Shown piece after piece: positions 28,240 to 38,544 of a stretch of DNA of 64,000 nt. The stretch's first letter is position 1. Each line of letters starts with the position of its first letter. Source of the stretch: Acidobacteriota bacterium (lineage in GTDB: Bacteria > Acidobacteriota > UBA890 > WLXD01); assembly GCA_963666215.2 (NCBI GenBank), contig CAXWPL010000005.1, positions 544,001 through 608,000 of the forward strand, given 5' to 3'. The notes beneath the pieces are model-generated. The model was not told the DNA's origin and searched no databases. It saw only the letters and a program-made list of their open reading frames with translations. The position numbers and the translations under genes are program-made.

Positions 28240-28261
28240 CCTCCGAACGGTATCCACGGCG

Positions 28262-29029
28262 ATGTCTGAGTATGCACTGCTCTCCGACGTTCACGGCAAT
28301 CTGCCCGCTCTGGAGACCGTGCTCGCCGACATCGCGGCGCTCAACCCACACGCCGCACGGTTTCACCTGGGTGACCTCGTTGGCTACGCACCGTGGCCAG
28401 ACGAAGTCGTCGACCTGATCAACAGCGCCAACGTTGCCGGCGTCTGTGGAAACTACGATTCCACCGTGGCCGCCAGCTACGAGCATTGCGGCTGCAAGTA
28501 CGAGAGCTCGCGCCAGGAAGCGCTTTCGCTTCTGAGCTTCGAATGGACCTGCGAGCACGTCAGCCAGACCACGCGGCAACGCCTGCGCGCCCTACCCTTC
28601 CGGCTTGACTTGCGGCCTCACGGCGGCCATCGCGGCGGCCCCAAGCTGGTGCTCGTTCACGGCGCTCCCACCGTCAACACCCTCTATTGGACGGAGGACC
28701 GTGACGACGCGTTCTGCCGGCGGATGGTGGAGCTGCTCGGCGCCAAGGCGGGCGACGTCGTCGCGTTCGGTCACACCCATCTGCCGTGGACCCGGCGTAT
28801 CGACGACGTCACGCTGGTGAACACGGGCTCGGTGGGACGGCCCAAGGACGGCGATCCGCGAGCCGGTTATGTGCTACTCGAGCTCGGCGAAGGCACGCCC
28901 GTGGTCGAGTTCCGCCGTGTCGAGTACGACGTGGAGCGCACCGCGCAGGCCATCGAAAAGAGCGCGCTGCCCGACGAGCTCGCCCACTACCTACGCAGCG
29001 GCGGCGCCAGCCTCGATGTGGTCGCTTGA
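28262..29029 (+). CDS. Calcineurin-like metallophosphoesterase
   Basis: SDVHGN, LGDLVGY, GNYD, VHG, FGHTH, NTGSVG; also an HCGC motif. Confidence 0.92.
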   Translation: MSEYALLSDVHGNLPALETVLADIAALNPHAARFHLGDLVGYAPWPDEVVDLINSANVAGVCGNYDSTVAASYEHCGCKYESSRQEALSLLSFEWTCEHVSQTTRQRLRALPFRLDLRPHGGHRGGPKLVLVHGAPTVNTLYWTEDRDDAFCRRMVELLGAKAGDVVAFGHTHLPWTRRIDDVTLVNTGSVGRPKDGDPRAGYVLLELGEGTPVVEFRRVEYDVERTAQAIEKSALPDELAHYLRSGGASLDVVA

Positions 29030-29090
29030 AAGAGCTTGGCTCACCGGCAGCGGCTAGCTCGAGAAGTCGCACCCGTTCCGCCCGGCCGCT

Positions 29091-30362
29091 CTATTCCTCG
29101 ATCTCGCGGAGCACCTCGGCCGTGTGCTCGCCGAGCTTCGGTGCTCGACGCCGCACGCTCGCGGTGGCGTCCGAGAAGTGGATGGGCACACCGAGCGTGC
29201 GGTAGACCTGCGCCGCCGCGCCACGGTCCCAGCTAGCGGCGCGGCCGCCACTGTCCGCACTGTCGCCGCCATCGCCGCCATCGCCGCCATCGCCCAGATC
29301 CACAACCATTCCGCGCGCCAGAGTCTGGGGGTGGGCCAGCATCTGCAAAATATCGAGCACCGGGCCGCACGGAATACGCGCCTCGCGCAGCCGCTCGAGC
29401 CATTCATCGGTGGGCCGTCGAATGAAAGCCGCCTGCAGGGTCTCGACCAGCTCTTCGCGGTGCTCAACGCGTCCGATGTTGTCGGCATAGCGCCTGTCGT
29501 CGGCCAGCTCCGGCAAGCCGATCACCAGCGGCAGCCGCTCCCAGTTGGCCTGGTTCGAGGTGCCGACGTTAATCCAGCCGTCCGCGGTGCGGAACGCTTG
29601 GTACGGCGCGTTCAGCGGGTGGGCGCTGCCCGTGGCTCCAGGCGCCGTGCCGCTGGCCAGAGCGATGGCCGATTGCCAAAAAGTCGTGAAGACGCCGGCC
29701 TCGAAAAGTGAGCTGTCCACCCGCTGGCCGCTGCCGGTGCGCTGGCGCTGGTGAAGCGCCGACAGCACGCCGAGAGCGCCGAGCAGGCCGGCGGTGATGT
29801 CGGCGACCGGCACGCCGCACTTGACCGGCGGCCTGCCTGGGCCCTCGCCGGTGACGCTCATCAGTCCGGAGTACCCCTGCGCGATCAGGTCGAAGCCACC
29901 CTCGGCAGCAAGCGGGCCGGTAAGACCGAAGCCCGTGATCTGGCAATAGATCAGCCGTGGGTAGAGCTCGTGCAGCTTGTCGTAGCCCAGACCGAGTCGC
30001 TCCATGGTGCCAGGCCGGAAATTCTCGATAACAACATCCGTCCGCTCCAGAAGAACGAGCAGCTTGGCGACATCGGGCTCCTTCTTCAAATCGAGAACGA
30101 CGCCGCGCTTGTTTCGGTTGACGATTGCGAAGGCGGCCGATTCGCCATCGCTGCCGGGCATCTCGGGAGGCAGGAAACCGCGTGCCGGGTCCCCGTTGGG
30201 AGGTTCGACCTTTACCACGTCGGCGCCGAGATCGGCCAGCATCAGGCCACAAACGGGGCCCGCCATGACGTGAGCCAGCTCGACCACGCGCAGGCCCTCG
30301 AGCGGGGCTTGCAGCGACGCGCCGGGCGCCGACGCGGGATCGGGCACGTCTGACGAATCCAC
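29091..30362 (-). CDS. Class III CoA-transferase (CaiB/BaiF family)
   Basis: LEGLRVVEL, LADLGADVVKVE, NRNKR, ENFRPG, GFDLIAQ, APKLGEHT. Confidence 0.93.
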   Translation of the reverse strand: MDSSDVPDPASAPGASLQAPLEGLRVVELAHVMAGPVCGLMLADLGADVVKVEPPNGDPARGFLPPEMPGSDGESAAFAIVNRNKRGVVLDLKKEPDVAKLLVLLERTDVVIENFRPGTMERLGLGYDKLHELYPRLIYCQITGFGLTGPLAAEGGFDLIAQGYSGLMSVTGEGPGRPPVKCGVPVADITAGLLGALGVLSALHQRQRTGSGQRVDSSLFEAGVFTTFWQSAIALASGTAPGATGSAHPLNAPYQAFRTADGWINVGTSNQANWERLPLVIGLPELADDRRYADNIGRVEHREELVETLQAAFIRRPTDEWLERLREARIPCGPVLDILQMLAHPQTLARGMVVDLGDGGDGGDGGDSADSGGRAASWDRGAAAQVYRTLGVPIHFSDATASVRRRAPKLGEHTAEVLREIEE

Positions 30363-30365
30363 GCG

Positions 30366-31151
30366 CTAGTCGCCCACGAAGCGGGGCTTTTCCTTAAGAA
30401 CGAAGGCTCGGTAGCCGCGGCGATAGTCGCGCGTGTCGAACGCGGCGTAGCCCTCGGCGAGCTCGTCGTCGGTGAGCGGTGCCGGGTCGAGCAAGCGGCG
30501 GATGAACTTCTTGTGCCAGCGATTCACCAGCGGCGCCGCTGTCACAATGCGGCCCACCACGTCGGCCACGGTGGCATCGAGCTCGTGCGATTCGACGACA
30601 CGACTCACCAAACCGAGCCGCAGCGCGCGATCGGCGTCGAACACCTCGCCGGTGAGCAGAACGTCTGCCGCCACGGCCGGGCCGACGAGGTCGAGGAACG
30701 GTCGCAGCTCGCCGTACGACATCGTGAGTCCGAGTCGGTTCACCGGGATCCCGAAACGGCTGTCGCCGCTGCACACGCGCAGGTCGCAACATGCGGCAAG
30801 ATCGAGCCCCCCACCCACGCAGGCGCCCCGAATCGCCGCCACGGTCGGGTGGCGGCAAGCGGCGACGGCCCGCATACCAGCCAGCTCTCGGGCGCCGTAC
30901 GACTTCGCCTGCTCCATATCGGCGCGTTCGGTCTCGAACTCGGCGATGTCGGCGCCGGCACAGAATGCGCGGTCACCTGCCCCGCGCAGCACGACGCAGC
31001 GAAGCGTCTCGTCGGCCGCGAGAGCGTTGAAGGTTTCCTCGAGCTGCTGCCAGCCCGCCAGGTCGAGCGCGTTGAGGCGCTCCGGGCGATTCAACGTGAC
31101 GGTGGCAAGGTGCCGCGTGGGGTTTCGCTCAACGAGCACTCGTTCGGCCAA
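30366..31151 (-). CDS. Enoyl-CoA hydratase/isomerase family protein
   Basis: LNRPERLNAL, AFCAGADI, GACVGGG, EKPRFVG. Confidence 0.92.
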   Translation of the reverse strand: MAERVLVERNPTRHLATVTLNRPERLNALDLAGWQQLEETFNALAADETLRCVVLRGAGDRAFCAGADIAEFETERADMEQAKSYGARELAGMRAVAACRHPTVAAIRGACVGGGLDLAACCDLRVCSGDSRFGIPVNRLGLTMSYGELRPFLDLVGPAVAADVLLTGEVFDADRALRLGLVSRVVESHELDATVADVVGRIVTAAPLVNRWHKKFIRRLLDPAPLTDDELAEGYAAFDTRDYRRGYRAFVLKEKPRFVGD

Positions 31152-31206
31152 CGTGGATCTCCCCGGGAGTCTCGAGTTGAGGAGCAGGCTGAGGCAGCGG
31201 CGGCGG

Positions 31207-32490
31207 CTACGGATAGAACCAGTGAACCAGCGCCAGCGGAATCACCGGAACATAGGTCACGAGCAGTAGCACGACAACCAACACGGCGACGAACGGGATG
31301 TTCGCGCGACTCACCTCCCAGATGTCGGCACGAGCAACCGAACAGGCGGTAACGAGAACGCTCGCCACCGGTGGGGTCTGCTGGCCGATGCCCAGGTTGA
31401 GCGTCACGATGATGCCGAAATGTACCGGGTCGATGCCGACGGCGCTTACGAGCGGCATGACGATAGGCACCACCAGAATGATCGCCGCTGCCGAATGCAA
31501 GAACAGCCCAATCGCCAGGAACAGCAAGTTGAGCAGCGCCATGATCACCAGCGGACTGTCGGTGAGCCCGGTGATACCGGCGGCGAGCCGCTGCGGCACC
31601 TGCGCCTCGGTGAGGTAGTTGCCGAGCAGCGCCGAGGTCGCAACCAGCAACATCACCACCGCGGTCTGCACACCGCCTTCCAGTATCGCCGTACGCAACC
31701 GAGACAGGTCGAGCTCGCGGTAAATCACACCGCCCACGACGAGAGCGGCCAGCACCGCCAGGCCCGCTCCTTCGGTTGCCGTCACCCATCCCGTGAAGAT
31801 ACCGCCGAGGATAATCACCGGCAGCAGCAGCGCCCACAACGCCTCCCTCGCAGCCGTGAACAGTCGGCTGAGCTCGAAGGCCTGATCCACCGGATAGTCG
31901 TTGCGCACGGCGATCCAGTAGGCGATCACCATCATCAACCCGCCGCCCAGAAGGCCAGGGACAACGCCGGCTACAAACAGCTCGACCACCGAGCTGCCCG
32001 ACATCACGGCATAAAGAATCATCGGGATCGAGGGCGGAATGATCACAGCCAGCGTCGCCGACGACGACATCACGGCGGCAGCGAAGGCCCGCGTGTAGCC
32101 CTTGCGCTCCATGGCCGGGATGAGAATCGAGCCCAGCGCCGCCACGTCGGCCACCGCCGAACCGGAGATTTCGGCGAAGAACAACGACGTGCCAATGGTC
32201 ACCATCGCCAAGCCGCCGCGCAGAAAGCCGAAGAGCGCAGACGTGAGGGCAATCAACCGCCGTGAGATCCCCGTGGCGTTCATGATCGCCCCGGCCAGCA
32301 CAAACAGTGGGATCGCGATGAGGGGGAACTTCGTGGCGCCATCAAAGAGCACGAGGGCAACATTGGGGATAACCGCGGGGCCCGAGGCCGCGATCATCGC
32401 AACGGTGGCAACAACGCCGAGCGCGATGGCGATCGGGATATCGATGAAGATCAGCAGGAGCAGGCCACCGAGGAGCAGCAGGAGCGTCAT
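31207..32490 (-). CDS. dctM: TRAP transporter large permease
   Basis: LIAIPLFVLAG, ISGSAVAD, IIPPSIPMI, TATE, GQQTPPV. Confidence 0.93.
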   Translation of the reverse strand: MTLLLLLGGLLLLIFIDIPIAIALGVVATVAMIAASGPAVIPNVALVLFDGATKFPLIAIPLFVLAGAIMNATGISRRLIALTSALFGFLRGGLAMVTIGTSLFFAEISGSAVADVAALGSILIPAMERKGYTRAFAAAVMSSSATLAVIIPPSIPMILYAVMSGSSVVELFVAGVVPGLLGGGLMMVIAYWIAVRNDYPVDQAFELSRLFTAAREALWALLLPVIILGGIFTGWVTATEGAGLAVLAALVVGGVIYRELDLSRLRTAILEGGVQTAVVMLLVATSALLGNYLTEAQVPQRLAAGITGLTDSPLVIMALLNLLFLAIGLFLHSAAAIILVVPIVMPLVSAVGIDPVHFGIIVTLNLGIGQQTPPVASVLVTACSVARADIWEVSRANIPFVAVLVVVLLLVTYVPVIPLALVHWFYP

Positions 32491-33068
32491 GGTCGGGGCC
32501 CGTGTGTGGGTCCAGTCAAGGCGCCGACGTCGGCATGGCCGGCCAGCTCCTCGGGGGTCGTTCGAATCTCACGCAGATGATCGGGAAGCGCCGCGAGCTC
32601 TGCCAGCACGAACAGCAAAGAACCGATAGGGATCACTGACTGGGCGAGCACCGCCGGCACCCACGGGAGGCTCGTCAGCCCGGTTCCGCGCAGCGCGGCG
32701 AGCACTCGCAGTCCCGCCCATGCCGCCAGCAGGAAGAAACCGATAACGATCAGCTCGCGCAGGGCGAGCGCTACCCGCCGCTGCACCGGAGCGAGCCGGG
32801 CGACGAGCGTCGGCATGCCGATGTGACGCCGATGCAGCGCAGCCAGCGCCGCGCCGTAGTAGGTCAGCCAGGCGAGCAGAATCGAGGCGACCTCGTCGTA
32901 CCAGACGAGCGCCATGCCGGCCTTGCGGAAGACCACGGCGCTCACCACGAGAGCCGCGAGCGCGATCATCAGCCCAATGAGCACCGCCTCGAGAAATCGG
33001 GCGAGCAGGCCGCGAAGGCCGCGAAGGTCTGCCCGCGAGGCGCGGTCGGGGCGGCCACTCAGAGGCAA
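32487..33068 (-). CDS. dctQ: TRAP transporter small permease
   Basis: Four TM helices; WYDEVA...WLTYYGAA...HI. Start approximate. Confidence 0.88.
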   Translation of the reverse strand: MPLSGRPDRASRADLRGLRGLLARFLEAVLIGLMIALAALVVSAVVFRKAGMALVWYDEVASILLAWLTYYGAALAALHRRHIGMPTLVARLAPVQRRVALALRELIVIGFFLLAAWAGLRVLAALRGTGLTSLPWVPAVLAQSVIPIGSLLFVLAELAALPDHLREIRTTPEELAGHADVGALTGPTHGPRP

Positions 33069-33072
33069 GCTC

Positions 33073-34080
33073 CTAGTTCGGAGTCGCGAGCGCGACGGCG
33101 CGCTCAACGAGCTGCTGCCCGCCACGAACTTCGCTGCCGAACTCGGCGTAGATCGGCTCCGCCGCGCTGATAAAAGCCTCCCGATCGACCTCATTGACCA
33201 GGATGCCGGCCCCACGCAGAGCGTCGAGAAGCTCGGCGTCGAGCCTCTCGCCGGTCTGCCGTGCGAAAACCGCCATGTCACGAGCCATGGCCGCAAGACG
33301 GTCGCGCAGCTCGGCATCGAGCTGCTGCCAGTGCGATGTGCCGGTGGTGAGGTACGCCGGTGTGTAGACGTGTCGGCTCAGCGACAGGTACTTCTGCACC
33401 TCTTGAAGGCGAAGGCCGTTGATTTGATGCAGTGGATTTTCCTGCCCGTCCATCACACCCGTCTGCAAGGCCACGAAGAGCTCTGAGAATGGCATCGGAG
33501 AGGGGTTGGCACCGTAGGCCTGGAACATTTTTAGCCGCCACACGCCGCTCGGAGTTCGCAACTTGATCCCCGCCAGGTCGGCCGGGGTGACGATGGGGCG
33601 CACGTTGTTGGTCAGGCTGCGGAAGCCGTTCTCCCACACGGCCAACACCGTGAACCCCTTGGCCGCGGCCGCCGGAGCCAAGGACTCCCAAAACACCTCG
33701 CTCTCGATGCGGCCCATGTGCTCGCGATCGCGCACCAGGTAAGGCATCTCGAAGAGACCAAACTCTTCCACCTGCGACGACATCACCGTCGACGGCAACG
33801 AGAAATCGAGCGTGCCCAGCTTGAGCTTCTGCAGCGCGATCTCGTCGCCACCGAGCTGGCTCGAGCCGAACACACGAAGCTCCACACGCCCGGCCAGCTC
33901 GTCATTAACGCGACGGGCGAACTCCTCTGCGGTCAGCGCAAACAGCGAGCCCGGGGCGCCGACGTGCGCCAGCTGCAGCGTCAGCGGGCCATCTGTCGTG
34001 TTTGAGGCGCAACCGAGCTGGAGGCACAGGGCGGCGATCAAGATGGTCACGCCAACGGCTGTGTGTCGAGTGCGCCGCAT
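33073..34080 (-). CDS. dctP: TRAP substrate-binding protein
   Basis: From ATG 34080: signal/lipobox LQLG|C, SSQLG, WENGFR, GIKLR, LQTGVMDGQENP. Confidence 0.92.
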   Translation of the reverse strand: MRRTRHTAVGVTILIAALCLQLGCASNTTDGPLTLQLAHVGAPGSLFALTAEEFARRVNDELAGRVELRVFGSSQLGGDEIALQKLKLGTLDFSLPSTVMSSQVEEFGLFEMPYLVRDREHMGRIESEVFWESLAPAAAAKGFTVLAVWENGFRSLTNNVRPIVTPADLAGIKLRTPSGVWRLKMFQAYGANPSPMPFSELFVALQTGVMDGQENPLHQINGLRLQEVQKYLSLSRHVYTPAYLTTGTSHWQQLDAELRDRLAAMARDMAVFARQTGERLDAELLDALRGAGILVNEVDREAFISAAEPIYAEFGSEVRGGQQLVERAVALATPN

Positions 34081-35309
34081 CACCGAATACGCTGGGGGTC
34101 GGCTCGGGGTCGGCTCGGGGCGGTCGGTGCGGTCGGTGCGGTCGACGCGAGCTCCTCGAGCGCCGCCGCCACGCCACCGCTCTGGTGCTCCACACCGGCC
34201 AGCCGCAGCCCCATCTCGATGCCACTCAGCACCCCCGCCAGCATCAGGTCGTTGATGTCGCCCAGGTGGCCGATGCGGAAGACCTGGCCCTGAAGCTTTC
34301 CCAGGCCGGTGCCGAGCGACAGATCGAAGTTGTCGAGGATCACGGCACGGAGATCGTCGGCGTCCACTCCTCCAGGCACGGCCACCGCGGTCACCGAGGA
34401 GCTGTACGCGTTGGGGTCGGAACAGAACACTCGTAGGCCCCAGGCTTGCACCGCGGCGCGTGTCGCCGCAGCCAGTCGGGAGTGCCGAGCAAAGACCGCG
34501 TACAGGCCCTCCTCGAACAGCATCGCCAGCGCCTCCTCGAGCCCGAACAGCAGGTTGGTTGCCGGGGTGTACGGAAAGAAGCCAGATTGGTTCTGCGTGC
34601 GCATCGCGACCCAGTCCCAGTAGGCATTCGGCAGGCTGGCGTTGTCGTGCGCCCGCAGCGCCTTGGGGCTGATCGAGTTGAATGCCAGCCCAGGAGGCAA
34701 CATCAGGCCCTTCTGCGAGCCGCACACGATGACGTCGACACCCCATTCCACCTGCTCGAGCGGCATCGAACCCAGCGAAGATACGGCGTCGACCATCAGC
34801 AAGGCGTCGTGGTTGGCAGCGTCGAGCGCCGCGCGAATCGCCGGAATGTCCGTGGTCACGCCGGTCGTTGTCTCGTTGTGCACGATCATCAGCGACTTGT
34901 AGGGCTCGGCGCCGTTATCGTAGCGCAGCTGCTGCTCCACGGCGTCGGCAGACACCGGCAGGCTCCAGTCGTGCTCAACCAGGTCGACCTCGAGGCCGAA
35001 CGCGCTGGCCGTTCTACGCCAACCCTGGGCGAAGAAACCCTGGTCGAACATGAGGACGCGGTCGCCCGGACGCATCGTGTTGGAGATCGAGGCCTCCCAG
35101 CCGCCGCTTCCGGAGGCCGGGTAAATGATGACGTCGCCGTCAGGGTTGCCGAAGGCGTCGCGAAGTCCGGTCAGAAGGCGCCCTGTCAGCTCGGCGAACT
35201 GCGGGCCTCGGTGGTCGATCGTCGGGCGCGACATCGCGCGCAACACACGATCGGGCACGTTGGTTGGACCGGGAACGTGCAGAAAATGTCGCCCGCTGCG
35301 GAAGCTCAC
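34080..35309 (-). CDS. Serine--glyoxylate/alanine--glyoxylate aminotransferase (class V)
   Basis: GRHFLHVPGPTNVP, DHRGP, HNETTTG, VDAVSS, GSQKGLMLPPG, FRIGHLG. Confidence 0.92.
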   Translation of the reverse strand: MSFRSGRHFLHVPGPTNVPDRVLRAMSRPTIDHRGPQFAELTGRLLTGLRDAFGNPDGDVIIYPASGSGGWEASISNTMRPGDRVLMFDQGFFAQGWRRTASAFGLEVDLVEHDWSLPVSADAVEQQLRYDNGAEPYKSLMIVHNETTTGVTTDIPAIRAALDAANHDALLMVDAVSSLGSMPLEQVEWGVDVIVCGSQKGLMLPPGLAFNSISPKALRAHDNASLPNAYWDWVAMRTQNQSGFFPYTPATNLLFGLEEALAMLFEEGLYAVFARHSRLAAATRAAVQAWGLRVFCSDPNAYSSSVTAVAVPGGVDADDLRAVILDNFDLSLGTGLGKLQGQVFRIGHLGDINDLMLAGVLSGIEMGLRLAGVEHQSGGVAAALEELASTAPTAPTAPSRPRADPQRIR

Positions 35310-35425
35310 GATCGAATTCCTGTCATGACGTAGCTCTGGCTGTCGCCAGGGTGACCCCGAGTGCGCCGAGTCGGTCGAGCTCGGCCAGGCATGCCACCGG
35401 CGCGGGGCAGCGTAACATCCCGGGC

Positions 35426-38400
35426 ATGGGCACTCTGCGGAACCGAATCGGCGACAGCCAGCTGGCCTCTCGGCTACGCCGCGAGCTCGAAGATGGCGTC
35501 CAGGTTCTATTCGACGACTTCAGCCGCGGGCGCTACAGCACCGACGCGTCGATCTATCAGATCGAGCCCATCGGCGTGCTGGTGCCGCGCTCGGTCACGG
35601 ACGTGAAACGGGCGATCGAGATCGCCGCCGACGAGGGTGTGCCGGTGCTGCCGCGCGGCGCGGGCACGTCGCAAGCCGGTCAAGCGATCGGCGAGGCGCT
35701 CATCCTCGACACGCGCAAGCACCTGCGCGGAATCGGTGAGCTCGATGTCGAGGCTCGAACGATCGAGGTCGAGCCGGGTGTCGTGCTCGACGACCTCAAC
35801 CGGCACCTCGCACCGCACGGCCTCTTCTTCCCCGTAGACGTCGCAACATCGAGTCGCGCGACTCTCGGGGGCATGGCCGGCAACAACAGCGCCGGGGCGC
35901 GATCGCTGCGCTACGGGCTGATGGTCGACAACGTGCTCGCAATCGAGGCGCTGATGGCCGACGGCTCGCCGCGGTTCTTTGGTGACGACCCCGGTGATCG
36001 CGCGCCCTCCGACGCACCGGGCACCGACAGCACCCCGGCCGCTCTGCGCCAGCGGCTTCAAGAGATCTACGCGGGAGTCGCCGACGAGCTGGCCGAGCGC
36101 CGTCCGCGGGTTCTTCGGCACGTGGCCGGCTACAACCTCGACCGTCTCGCCAATCTGTCTCAGCTGCTCGTTGGCTCGGAAGGGACGCTGGCGTTCTTCA
36201 CCAAGCTGCGCCTGCAACTGCAGCCTGTGCCACGACACCGGGCCCTCGGGATCTGCCACTTCGGCTCGTTTGCGGCCGCCATGAACGCGGTACAACACAT
36301 CGTCGCCGGCGGCGGCGAGTCGCTGTCGGCAGTGGAGCTCATCGATCGCAAGGTCATCGAGCTGGCGCGCGACAATCCAGGCTTCGTGGATTCCGTCGAC
36401 AGCTTCGTCCGTGGCGACCCGGCTGCGCTGCTGGTTGTCGAGTACGCGGGTGACACCGCCGACGGACGCGTGCGCGACCTCGACCGGCTCGAGCAGCTGT
36501 TGGCCGATCACGGCCACAACAAACCCGACAGCGTCGTCCGAGCGATCGAGCCCGCGGCACAAGCCACCGTGTGGCGCACGCGCAAGGCGGCCATGAGCGT
36601 TGTGATGTCGATGAAGGGCCCGGCCAAGCCGATCTCGTTCATCGAAGATTGCGCGGTGCCGCTGCAGCACCTCGAGGAGTACACCCGCGAGATCGACAGG
36701 GTGTTTGAAAGGCACGGTGCCGAAGCGACCTGGTACGCCCACGCTTCGGTGGGGTGCCTGCACGTTCGACCCGCGCTCGACCTTCGCGTGCCGGAGGGAA
36801 TTGCACGCATGCGAGCGATTGCCGAAGAGGCTCACGCGCTGGTGCGGCGCCTCGGGGGCTCACATTCCGGTGAGCATGGCGACGGCATCGTGCGCTCGGA
36901 ATTCCTCGAGCCCATGCTCGGCGAGCGCACGGTTGCCGCGTTCCGCGACGTCAAGATCGCCTTCGACCCGGGGAATCTCTTCAATCCCGGCAAGATCGTC
37001 GATCCACCGCGAATGGACGACCGTTCGCTGCTTCGATTCGCCCCGGGAGCCCAACCCTTACCTTTCGAGACGGCTCTCGACTGGTCGCCCTGGGACATCG
37101 AAACTGCAAGCTCGGCAGGGTCGGTCGATTCCGGATCCGAGGGATCGGCCGCGAGCTCGGCCGGTGACGCCCGCACGAGCTCGGGCTCCGGGCTCCGTGG
37201 CGCCGCCGAGATGTGCAACAACAACGGCGCCTGCCTCAAGAACGACCCCGGCGTGATGTGTCCGTCGTACCGCATCAGTCTCGATGAGGAGCACAGCACC
37301 CGGGGCCGCGCCAACGCGTTGCGGCTGGCGTTGGCCGGCCGCCTGGGAGCGAAGCGCTGACATCTCGATCGATGCACGACAGCCTCGACCTCTGCGTTGG
37401 CTGCAAGGCTTGCCGGAGCGAGTGCCCGACGGGCGTCGACATGGCGCGCATGAAGATCGAGTTGCTCGCCGCCTACCGCCGCCAGCACGGAATCGGCCTG
37501 CGCGATCGCCTCTTCGCTCACCTGCCACGGCTGGCGCCGTACGCCGCACAGGCACCGCGCTTGGTCAATGCGCTGCCTCGACTGCTACCCGCCAGCGTCA
37601 TCAAGCTCATCGGACTCGCTCCCGATCGGCGGCTGCCCGCTTGGCAGCCCGCATTTGACGGCGAGTCACGCGCCTCTCTGGGCTCTGAAAACCGGCGGCC
37701 CGATGCCTCCGCTGTCGGTCCAGGCCGAACGACCCACGGGGCGCGGGCCACCGGCACCAGGGACGTAGTGCTCCTGCCCGACACCTTCAACACCAACTTC
37801 GAGCCCGCCAATCTCGAGGCGGCGATCGACGTGCTCGAAGCCTGCGGCTACCGAGTGGTGCTGCCGCGGGCGCGCGGCCGAGCGCTGTGCTGCGGCCGAA
37901 CCTATCTGAGCGCGGGGCTCATCGACGACGCTCGCGAGGAAGCGCAGAGAACCGTGGAAGAGCTGCGGCACTGGGTCAGCTCGGGAACCCCGATCGTCGG
38001 CATCGAGCCATCGTGCCTGCTGACGCTGCGCGACGAGGTCCCGGCTCTGCTGAAATCGGAGCCGGCACGGGAGCTGGGCCGCGCGGCTGTTTTGTTGGAA
38101 GAGCTGCTCGACCGCGAGCTTGGCGGAGGGATGCTCGAGCTTGATCTACGGCCCATACAGGCAAGCCGCGCGCTGGTTCACGGCCACTGCCACCGCAAGG
38201 CCTTCGGCGCCCTGCAGCCGCTGCTCACCGTGCTGTCGCGCATCCCCGAGCTCGACGTGCAACCCATCGCGTCGAGCTGCTGTGGCATGGCCGGCTCGTT
38301 CGGCTACGAAGCCGAACACTACGAGGCCTCGCGTGCGATGGCGGAGTTGACCCTGATCCCGGCAGTTCGGGCGGCGGCGGCAGACACCTGCATCGTCGCC

Positions 38401-38490
38401 GACGGGACCAGCTGTCGACATCAAATCCGCGACCTCGCCGGGCGCGAGGCTGTTCATCCGGTGCAGTTGCTGCATCGCGCACTCGGCTAG
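35426..38490 (+). pseudogene. FAD-linked oxidase fused to 4Fe-4S/CCG domains (GlcD-GlcF-like), frameshifted near 37350
   Basis: N-part: YSTDAS, RGAGTS, GSEGTL, GEHGDG, CNNNGAC..MCPSY. C-part: CVGCKACRSECP and two CCG motifs. The halves join as GRLG-x-EALTSRSMHD if 1 nt is restored. Could be a sequencing error. Confidence 0.82.
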
Positions 38491-38544
38491 CCACAGCCGC
38501 GCTCCCGCGGAAAAACTTCCGGGAGAGACCTTTGCTCGACTAGA

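Noticed and set aside
34095-34145. Short repeats GGTCGGTGC/GGGGTCGGCTC (similar ones at 29250-29295 and 56224-56265)
   Set aside because: Low-complexity slippage in protein tails or spacers (TAPTAP, GDGGDG), with no sign of function.
37358-37360. TGA as selenocysteine in the FAD/Fe-S oxidase
   Set aside because: The downstream half is in a different frame and the site is not a Cys position; this is a frameshift.
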